From an uncultured delta proteobacterium (lineage in GTDB: Bacteria; Desulfobacterota; Binatia; Bin18), in contig CAVTCR010000009.1 of the NCBI GenBank assembly GCA_963733195.1, forward strand, positions 64,001-128,000: 64,000 nucleotides of DNA, in the 5' to 3' direction. The position numbers and the translations under genes are program-made. Shown here one piece after another: positions 29,238 through 37,560 of this stretch. A model generated the notes under the pieces. The model was not told where the DNA came from and did not search any database. It saw only the letters and a list, made by a program, of their open reading frames with translations. Position 1 is the first letter of the stretch. Every line of letters starts with the position of its first letter.

Positions 29238-29369
29238 GGGGGTGGATTATTCTGCTGGTGTTGCCTGGCTGTCAACTGTTTTCCATCTCTTAGGAATCTC
29301 CAAGTATCCAGCTTCTCTCAGCACGTTCCACACGCGACGCGGAAGATTCCTCTCTTTATGCGAGAAAGA

Positions 29370-30521
29370 CTACTCCCACGCCGTCTCGACATCTCCTTTG
29401 CGTAACTGATGGGCAATCACAATTTGTTGTACTTCACTGGAGCCGTCGTAAACACGGGCGACACGGAGATCGCGCCAGATGCGTTCAATCATGTACTCGG
29501 CGCGGATGTAGCCGTTACCGCCGAAGATTTGCAGTGCATCATCAACCGTTTGCCACGCACTTTCGGCGGCAAGGAACTTGGCCGTGGAAGATTCGCGTAG
29601 CGCTTGTTTTCCTTGATCCAGCAACCACGCTGAGCGGTAAACGACCAGTCGTGAGGCGTCGGTGCGGGCACTCATTTGCGCAAAACGAAAGGCGATTGCT
29701 TGATGATCAGCGAGCGGCTGGCCGAAAGTTTTGCGTTCAGCTCCATACTCTAGAGCCAGTTCCATTGCTTTCTGTGCTGCCCCGACACAACGAGAAGCGA
29801 GGGTTGTTCGACCTTCGGCAAGACAACGTTTCGCATAATCAAAGCCTTTGCCTTCTTCGCCGACGAGCGCTTCGACGGGAACCCGACAGTCTTCCAAGAC
29901 GACTTCGGAGAGTGCACCACCGACGTGGCCGATCGTGTCGAAGACCTGGCCAATCGAGAGACCTGGAGAGTCGGCATCGACAATAAACGCAGAAATTCCT
30001 TTGTTGGTGCGCGCAAACAGAAAGAAGTGATGTGCTTTGGGGGCGTTGGTAATGAAAACTTTGCGACCATTGAGGATGTAGTGGTCGCCTTTGCGTTCGG
30101 CTTTACTCTGAATGGCACCGGCATCGGACCCAGCCCCAGGTTCGGTCAACGCGAACGAGCCGATCCATTCACCAGTAGCCATTTTGGGAAGATACTTTTG
30201 TTTCTGGTCCTCATTGGCAAACCGCACGATACCGACACAGCCAATACCAGTGTGGACACTGAGGAAACTTGCCAGTCCCCAGGGCCCACGACCCATCATC
30301 TCGTGGACGAGTGCTTTCTGGACAACCGAAAAGCCCAACCCGCCATAGTCAGGGGGAATGCTCAGTCCGAACAGGCCCAGCTCTTTCATGCCATCGACGA
30401 GATGTTGCGGAATCTCGCCGGTCTTTTCGATTTCTTTCCAGACGGCGTTAGCTTTTTCTTCGACAAAGCTGCGCACCGATTGCTGCAATACGCGGTCCTC
30501 TTCGGAGATAGTGAAGTCCAT
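29370..30521 (-). CDS. Acyl-CoA dehydrogenase
   Basis: FALTEPGAGSD, LNGRKVFITN, QIFGGNGY and RVYDGSSEVQ motifs; AAGGAG RBS. Confidence 0.95.
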   Translation of the reverse strand: MDFTISEEDRVLQQSVRSFVEEKANAVWKEIEKTGEIPQHLVDGMKELGLFGLSIPPDYGGLGFSVVQKALVHEMMGRGPWGLASFLSVHTGIGCVGIVRFANEDQKQKYLPKMATGEWIGSFALTEPGAGSDAGAIQSKAERKGDHYILNGRKVFITNAPKAHHFFLFARTNKGISAFIVDADSPGLSIGQVFDTIGHVGGALSEVVLEDCRVPVEALVGEEGKGFDYAKRCLAEGRTTLASRCVGAAQKAMELALEYGAERKTFGQPLADHQAIAFRFAQMSARTDASRLVVYRSAWLLDQGKQALRESSTAKFLAAESAWQTVDDALQIFGGNGYIRAEYMIERIWRDLRVARVYDGSSEVQQIVIAHQLRKGDVETAWE

Positions 30522-30593
30522 GATCACTCCTTGGATGGAAGCAGAAGGCGACCGAGACGGTCGCGCTCCCAGGTCAAAGAGAACATTACCGAT

Positions 30594-32709
30594 CTACCAG
30601 GTCCTCTTACGCGGCGGTTGCCAGCCGCTACTCGACCGACCCGACCCGAAGCGGTTTGAGCTTCCACTGTTTTCGTAGCGGTTTGAACGCCAGGCATTCT
30701 CGCGGCTATCGTCGTCTTCCATGAGGAAGACTGGCTCGATGATCTTGCGTGAAAGGCCATCAAGAAACCGTGACGGCTTACTCAGTACCATGCCTGTTGC
30801 TCTGTCAAAGACATTGATGGGATAGGAGATGAACAGTTTCTCTTTGGCGCGAGTGACGGCGACGTACATCAAGCGGCGCTCTTCTTCTATCTCATCATCG
30901 TTCTTGTTGTACAGCGACGGGAAACGGCCTTCCGTCGCCCAAATGACAAACACCGAGTGCCATTCAAGCCCTTTGGCCGAGTGGATAGTAGAAAGTGTGA
31001 GCAGTCCTTCTTCTTCCCGATCAGTAGCGAGCACATCGCCGACACTGCTGTTTGGCGGTTCCAGTGCCATATCTGCCAGCAACTTCTCCAGACTGGTATA
31101 ACGTTCAGTGATTACAATAAAGTGTTCAAGATCCTTTTGTCGCTTGGGGTAATCGTCGCGGTGATTACGTTTCAAAATTGGCTGATAGTATTTCACCACT
31201 GCTTCGATTTGCTCTGCCGGCTTCATATCGGGCGTGTTGACCTCAGCCAGCAGCGCGGCGAGCCTCCGTAGCTCGTCGCCGATGACTCCCTTAGCCGAAT
31301 ACTCAGCCAGACGTTGCGCTTGATTCTCTCCAGCCACCACATGTGCCAGAATCTTCTCCGCACCCTTGGGACCAATACCTTCGAGCAACAGAATCACGCG
31401 ATGCCACGACACCGCATCCTGCGGGTTGGCGATAATCCGCAGATGGGCAAGGGTATCTTTCACGTGTGTGGTTTCGATAAACTTGAACCCACCACGTTTG
31501 ATAAAGGGAAGGTTTCGTTTGGCGAGCTCCAATTCAAGGTCGAATGAATGAAAGCTGGAACGAAAGAGGACGGCCATTTCTGTCAACGGAACGCCTTGCT
31601 CGCGCAACTCTAGAATCTTCTGTGCGACAAAGCGTGACTGATAGCGTTCGCTCTCGGCTTCGACAAGGGTAGGCTTTACGCCTTTATCACGACGAGTGAA
31701 AAGATTCTTAGTGTATTGATCCTTGGCATTCACGATAATCTGGTTGGAGAGATCAAGGATCGGCTGTGTACTGCGGTAATTCTCTTCTAGTTTGACGATC
31801 TTGGCACCAGGGAATAACGTGGGAAACTCTAAAATGTTGCGTACAGTGGCACCACGGAAACTGTAGATCGACTGTGCATCGTCGCCTACTGCCATAACAT
31901 TATCATGGGCGTGTGCGAGAGCGCGGATAATATCAGCCTGCAAGCGGTTCGTGTCCTGATACTCATCCACCATAATGTAACGGAAGGTGTGCGAAAGTCG
32001 GTCGGCAACTTCTGTATGATTGCGCAGGAGATCCCGCAGTTTGGTGAGCAGATCATCGTAGTCCAGTAGACTACGCTCATGTTTGTAGTGCCGGTAATAT
32101 TCATCGATGCGCATCAGCTCTTCGAGTTCAGAGAAGAGATGCGGGAATTGGTCATCCAGAACCTCAGCAACACTGCACATTTTGTTGGCTGCGAGACTGA
32201 CGATCTCCATGATCGTCTGCTTCTTTGGGAAATCGTCGTTCTTTCTTATCGAGCCCGAGACGCGCACGGATCAAATTGATGACATCCTCTGAATCGCCAC
32301 GGTCCAGAATAGTGAAAGAATTGGCGAATCCTAGTAACGAAGCGTAGCGGCGCAAGACTGTATTGGCAAACGAGTGAAACGTACCGCCGGTAACACGGTC
32401 ACATTGTGCACCCAGCAGTGCACCTGCCCGTTCAAGCATCTCCTCCGCAGCGCGACGAGTGAATGTCATGAGGAGAATCGACGTCGGATCGATCCCTTCT
32501 TCGACCATCCGTGCCACACGAAAGACGAGGGTACGAGTTTTGCCGCTGCCCGCACCGGCAAGCACTAGCATTGGTCCTTTGTGGGTAATGGCGGCTTCAT
32601 ACTGGGAGGGATTGAGCTCCGCCTGATAATCAATCAGGAACCGCCGAGGTTGCGTCGATTCGGTTTCGGGCTGCAACACATACTTCTGCGGACGTGTATC
32701 TTCGTTCAC
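30594..32709 (-). CDS. UvrD/PcrA-family ATP-dependent DNA helicase, one frameshift near 32225
   Basis: LAGAGSGKT, TFT, GTFHSF, VDEYQDTN, VGDDAQSIYSFRGA, NYRST, STIHSAKGLEW and EERRLMYVAVTRA motifs. Confidence 0.93.
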
Positions 32710-32916
32710 CACACCACTCCGCTGGAAACAGGATGAGGGGAACATAGCGGAAAAGCGTTCAACAGTCAGTAGCAAAGAAGGGGACAGGCCAGGAGTCGGG
32801 AGACGGTTTTTCCATATTCAGTAGTCAATCTTCTTGTCGGTTTTACTGACCCCTGATTCCCGTCCACTGGCTCCAGTTACTGACTACTGACGGCCGCTCT
32901 GCTATGAATTGAAGAT

Positions 32917-33144
32917 ATGAGTGCGAAGACCGAACGTATCAATCTCTATGGCGTGAAGTGTCCACTCAATTGGGCGAAAGCGAAAGTGCGACTTGAAGAT
33001 CTTAATCGCGGTGACATTCTTGATGTGTTGATTGACGATCCCAAAGGCCGACGTGATATTCCTCGTGCCGCAGAAGCTGAAGGGTACGCTATTGCGCATA
33101 TCGATGAAATTCCCGGTGGTTGGTGTATCGCAATTGAAAAATAA
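32917..33144 (+). CDS. TusA/SirA-family sulfur carrier
   Basis: LYGVKCPLN motif, DDP, 75 aa. Confidence 0.9.
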   Translation: MSAKTERINLYGVKCPLNWAKAKVRLEDLNRGDILDVLIDDPKGRRDIPRAAEAEGYAIAHIDEIPGGWCIAIEK

Positions 33145-33168
33145 AGGAACTGCTTCTGTCCATGTCTA

Positions 33169-33190
33169 CCCTTCGACAAGTTCAGGGTGA
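33169..33190. repeat. Stand-alone copy of the CCCTTCGACAAGCTCAGG small repeat
   Basis: CCCTTCGACAAGTTCAGGGTGA matches the modules at 6321, 47942 and 61281. Confidence 0.7.
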
Positions 33191-33217
33191 TTGGCTCCGT
33201 CCGAGAAAGGATTCTCT

Positions 33218-33988
33218 ATGCCTGTTGGTATCGAAAAAAGCGGCCCTGTCACAACCGTGATTATGAACCGGCCTGATGTTCGTAACGCAGTGAATCATGC
33301 CACTGCCCTGGAATTGCAGGAGGCGTTCCGTGCCTTCGATGCTGATCCGGACGCGTTAGTCGGAGTGCTCTGGGGAGACAATGGCACGTTTTGCGCCGGA
33401 TATGATCTAAAGACTGTCTCTTCTGGACAGGGGCTTGGAACGTATGATCCAGAAGGCGATGGCCCGATGGGCCCAAGCAGAATGTTGTTGAGCAAACCTG
33501 TCATTGCCGCAGTGAGTGGGTACGCGGTTGCTGGTGGACTGGAACTTGCCCTCTGGTGTGACATGCGCGTGATGGAAGAAGATGCCCAGGTTGGAGTGTT
33601 CTGTCGTCGTTGGGGGGTACCTCTGATTGACGGTGGCACTGTACGTCTGCCGCGCTTAGTTGGTATGGGGCGTGCGATGGATCTCATTCTCACTGGCCGT
33701 GCAGTTGGTGCGCAGGAAGCACTAGCAATGGGATTGTGTAATCGTGTCGTACCCAAAGGCAAGGCGCGCGAGGAAGCCGAAAGCCTTGCTCACGAGATCG
33801 CCCGGTTTCCGCAGATTTGCATGCGAGCGGATCGCATGTCTGCGTACCAACAATGGGACCTCGACTTGGTGAACGCGCTCAAAAATGAAGCGCGTGGTGG
33901 TATCGAACCACTTCGATATGAAGCTCGTGCAGGTGCAGCTCGCTTTTCCGGCGGCAAAGGACGTGGTGGATCGTTTAAGGAGATATAA
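33218..33988 (+). CDS. Enoyl-CoA hydratase/crotonase family
   Basis: FCAGYDLK, KPVIAAVSGYAVAGGLELAL and RRWGVPLIDGG motifs. Confidence 0.95.
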   Translation: MPVGIEKSGPVTTVIMNRPDVRNAVNHATALELQEAFRAFDADPDALVGVLWGDNGTFCAGYDLKTVSSGQGLGTYDPEGDGPMGPSRMLLSKPVIAAVSGYAVAGGLELALWCDMRVMEEDAQVGVFCRRWGVPLIDGGTVRLPRLVGMGRAMDLILTGRAVGAQEALAMGLCNRVVPKGKAREEAESLAHEIARFPQICMRADRMSAYQQWDLDLVNALKNEARGGIEPLRYEARAGAARFSGGKGRGGSFKEI

Positions 33989-33994
33989 CCCTTC

Positions 33995-35318
33995 TTAATC
34001 GAACACCCGCTCTCCCGTGGCAAACAGCCACCACACGATGAGACCGAATACGTAAATCCCCGCAGAGATCAGGAACACCAACTGCCACGAGCCAGTAGTG
34101 TCGAGAATAACACCAGTGAGAGTCACTCCGATGATGCCAGGGAGTGTCCCCGCGGTATTAGAGAACCCGAGAAGAATGCCCGCGTAACGTGGCCCGATGT
34201 CCAGGTGATTCACGGCAAACCCTGATAAGGCAAACGCACCGAGTCCGAGCGCGCAACACATATAGAAGATCGCGAGCCCGATAGTGTTAACTCCGCTAAG
34301 CAGGGTGAGAAACGTTGCCGCGCCAAGAAAGCCGACGGTTTGCATCAGCTTGCGAACCAACGTGAGAGAGAATTCCTGCCGTCAGGAGTCGATCCGCTGT
34401 CCAACCCGCGACGTTACTCATCAAGAACATGACTAGCCACGGCAGTACGGTGTAGATGCCGACCTTATGGAGTTCGGCGTGCAGCACTTGCGTGAAGTAG
34501 GTCGGTAGCCACGTGAGGATGACATAAAATCCCCAGTTCGAGCAAAAATGGTTGATGATGATCGCCCACACCGGAGCTTTCGAGAGCAACAGACCCCAGG
34601 GGATTTTTTCATTCTTTGCCGGAGCGGGAGTATTGGCGCGGATTGCTTCTACTTCATCGTGGCTAATAGACGAGTGGGTTTCTGGAGAGTCAGACGCAAA
34701 GAAATGCCAGAAAGCGTACCACACGAATCCCAACATGCCGAACGCATAGAAGACGGCAGGCCAGCCCCACTGTGTAACGATGACTGGAGTGAAGAACAGT
34801 GCTGCGACAGTTCCCAATGGAATACCACTGGCATTAAACGCGACTGATCGGGCCCGTTCTTGACGCGGAATCCACTGTGCAAACAGATTGTGAATAGCTG
34901 GAAACGCAACTCCTTCGCCAAAGCCCATACCGACCCGGGCGATAAATAGCCAGGTAAACGAGACAAAGGCTGCTGGTGGTGTAAGTAGTGTGAAGACTGA
35001 CCACCAGAGGACTCCGAAGCCCAGCACAACCTTGCCACCATAGCGATCAGCTAACCAGCCGCCGAGAACTTGTGTAGCGAGATACCCATAAAAGAACGAC
35101 GAGAGGACAATGCCACGCGTGGTTTGATCCCACCCAAACTCCGTGACCATTGGGATCACCGCCACCGACATGTTGACGCGATCGATGTAGCAAATAAACG
35201 TACTGAAAAAACACAAGATGACGAGCGTGAAACGTCGCGGCCAATATTGGCTGAGTGGAACGGTAGAGATCGGCGTTGATGAAAAACTGCTTGGTTCTGG
35301 TGCCGACTGCACAGCCAT
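33995..35318 (-). CDS. ACS-family (SLC17/PHT4-like) MFS transporter, one frameshift near 34372
   Basis: YIDRVNMSVA, SSFFYGY, GGWLADRYGGK, WLPTYF and NHLDIGPRYAG motifs. Confidence 0.9.
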
Positions 35319-35602
35319 GGTGCCCTCCTTATGCCGCTGTTCCCCGTGCGGTCTCCTTCTCTATGCGGAGTGAGGGGCTGCGGTCAACGGGAGGGTGGGA
35401 GCCACAAGGTGCGAAAGTTCTCTTGCTGAACCCTCAAGAGACCATGGTGCCGAATTTCATTTCACTGCTACTCTGATGCCCCGAACTACTATGATGCACA
35501 TTGATGTCTCAGAGCCATGGTTCGGTTTCGTTGACAAAATCGTTTCGTATACTACCGCTGTTTGCTATGATGCCGCGTAAAACTAGTTGATGAGGTCAGC
35601 CA

Positions 35603-35923
35603 ATGAGTACGCATGCAAGCGACCTGGATGTCGCAGTCACGCCACAGTTTGCCGTTCCCACCGCTCACGAGGCAATCGCACGAGTTAATCGTTGGCTGCA
35701 TCGTGAAATTGGAATCGCCATTCATGCGGCGGGAGCGGCCTTTGACCCCGTCACGTTTTATTGGCATGTGCCCATTGAACTGGCCTACGGTGCGACCGGC
35801 CCACTTGGAGTAGTCGGGGACGTATATATACATGCGGCAACAGGCGATTTCGCTGGTCGACCTAATACTGAGGAATTTCGCCAACGTGCGGAAGCGTTAG
35901 CCATCGCGCATGGAATCGAGTGA
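35603..35923 (+). CDS. Hypothetical protein with PepSY-like motif
   Basis: AHEAIARVNRWL helix, WHVP and VYIHAATG; its stop overlaps the next start (GTGATG). Confidence 0.7.
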   Translation: MSTHASDLDVAVTPQFAVPTAHEAIARVNRWLHREIGIAIHAAGAAFDPVTFYWHVPIELAYGATGPLGVVGDVYIHAATGDFAGRPNTEEFRQRAEALAIAHGIE

Positions 35924-36375
35924 TGCTGGTCTGGTACGCCCAGGAACTTCAGTCCTCGTGCGTTGCCGCGTGTGTGCGAATGGTCCTTGGGGGGCTGGGA
36001 ACACAGATTGCCGAATCCCAGGTTCGCCGTCTCGTCGGCCACTCGCGATTAGGGACATCTCTCACTTTAGCCCAGATGCAACTGAGTAAAGCTGGAATAA
36101 CCGTGCGAATGCATACAGACTGGAGTCTTGATGATCTACGCGACGCGTTACGCGCGGGCTACCATCCAATTGTGGGAGTTGAGCGCCATCTGCTGGGATA
36201 CTCGCGCGCTTTTCATGCGGTCGTTTTGGTTGAGATCACCAGCGCGACGGTGACTGCTCTCGATCCTCTCGATGGTCCAGAACCACGGCGCTACGAAGTT
36301 CCAGCTTTCGTATCAGCTTGGGATATGGCTGGACGGGAAGCTTTAGTGATCAACGCAGCACCACTCACTCTGTGA
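35920..36375 (+). CDS. Stand-alone C39-like papain-fold cysteine peptidase
   Basis: Q-x5-C (AQELQSSCVAAC), HAVVLV and DP; no signal peptide or ABC domain. Confidence 0.85.
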   Translation: MMLVWYAQELQSSCVAACVRMVLGGLGTQIAESQVRRLVGHSRLGTSLTLAQMQLSKAGITVRMHTDWSLDDLRDALRAGYHPIVGVERHLLGYSRAFHAVVLVEITSATVTALDPLDGPEPRRYEVPAFVSAWDMAGREALVINAAPLTL

Positions 36376-36395
36376 GCGTTCAGGAGGACTTCACC

Positions 36396-36512
36396 ATGAT
36401 AGATGAGGTGTACATCAATTCGGTCAAACTGAAGACCACATCCTAGGCGATTGAAATCGCTGCGTAAGTCCACCGAGAAATTCAGCAACGCAGTGGAGGG
36501 ACGACCCCATGA
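36396..36512 (+). pseudogene. Collapsed gene remnant (possibly HEPN-like)
   Basis: AGGAGG RBS, MIDEV..., two internal stops, final TGA overlapping the next ATG (ATGA). Confidence 0.4.
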
Positions 36513-36775
36513 GTGGCACTCCATACCGAACCGATCAACAACTCGCTTTTGCGGTCACGCGCTTTATTGAAGAAGTGCATAGGCAGGTGCCGCAGGCACG
36601 ACTTGAACCGATGACGCCGTACGAAAATGAAGACTTCACACTAGCAGTGATTGTTCCTGCTAGCGTAGACGAAGAACGAGTGCTGGATCAATGCTTAGCC
36701 GCGAGCGCTATGATTGAGGACGAAATGGAGATCTACATTCTGCCAAGGGTGCGCGTTGAGGGCCAAAAAACATAA
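36509..36775 (+). CDS. Hypothetical acidic 88-aa protein, possible degenerate minimal nucleotidyltransferase fold
   Basis: GGAGG RBS; EDFTLAVIVP and IEDEMEIYILP resemble MNT strands but the GS and DxD motifs are absent. Confidence 0.6.
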   Translation: MSGTPYRTDQQLAFAVTRFIEEVHRQVPQARLEPMTPYENEDFTLAVIVPASVDEERVLDQCLAASAMIEDEMEIYILPRVRVEGQKT

Positions 36776-36780
36776 CCTCA

Positions 36781-37404
36781 TCACTGAGGCCGCCTCAATG
36801 CCACGCCACTTCCCGATGCTCTCTCGGTTGCCGCATCGAGTTGTAACCCAAACCCATCAGCTAAGCGGGTGAGATAGTTGAAAATCCCGACGACATGAGC
36901 GACTTCGAGGCAGGCTTGGTCGTTAAAGCCGAGACCTCGCAGCGGTTGCCAATCCTCTTCGACCATCTTTGTTGGTGTAGCGCTGAGCTTTTCCGCGACC
37001 GTACACAGCGCTTGCTCACGAGCAGAGAGGTCTGGCACTTCGCGCCAGCACTTTTGCTTGATCGCTTCCACTAGCATTGGATTACCAAGCTCTGCACGCA
37101 GGAACTCTGCGTGAGATTGCGTTCAATAGTGACAGTCTTGCGCAGCCGCGGCGACACCAGCGATCATCTCACGCTCTTGCCGCGAAAGGACACTCTCTGG
37201 TGACCACATAATCTCGCTAAAAAGCTTGCTCCAAGTTTGGGCGATACGTGGATGGGTACGAATGAGTCGCCCCATCGCAGGAAGAAAGCCAAAATCATAT
37301 GGATATCTCGAACCGGGTGGAAGCTGAGCTCGGACGTCTGCCTCGGTCGGGATCGTCACCCACGCTTCTCGCCTTGCCTCAGGCGATTTGCTTGCAGTTG
37401 CCAT
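36781..37404 (-). CDS. AhpD/carboxymuconolactone-decarboxylase-like selenoprotein (C-H-Y-U), 207 aa
   Basis: ORFs 37123-37404 and 36781-37077 share a frame and are separated by one TGA at the second Cys position of the AhpD CxxCxxxH motif; SECIS downstream; LSRQEREMIA and FNYLTRLADGFG motifs; GAGGAG RBS. Confidence 0.9.
37091..37122 (-). promoter_or_regulatory. Bacterial SECIS element
   Basis: UGA-ACGCAAUCU-CACGCAG-AGUUC-CUGCGUG-CAGA: 7-bp perfect stem, G at loop position 2, 16 nt between the UGA and the loop. Confidence 0.8.
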
Positions 37405-37560
37405 AACGTACTCCTCGGAAATCAATTTGTGGGACAGTACCATGTCTACTTGTGAAAGGGCAAGAAAAAGCTGCGGGAGAAAAGCCCCAACTCACTTGCA
37501 AAAGACTGCACCGTAAGGCAGGGTAACCCCCTATCTGCCCGCAGGAGGAATAGGTGAGCC

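Noticed and set aside
32215-32235. Programmed frameshift in the UvrD-like helicase (TTTCCCAAAG)
   Set aside because: No precedent that I know of for this family, and many similar indels nearby point to sequencing error.
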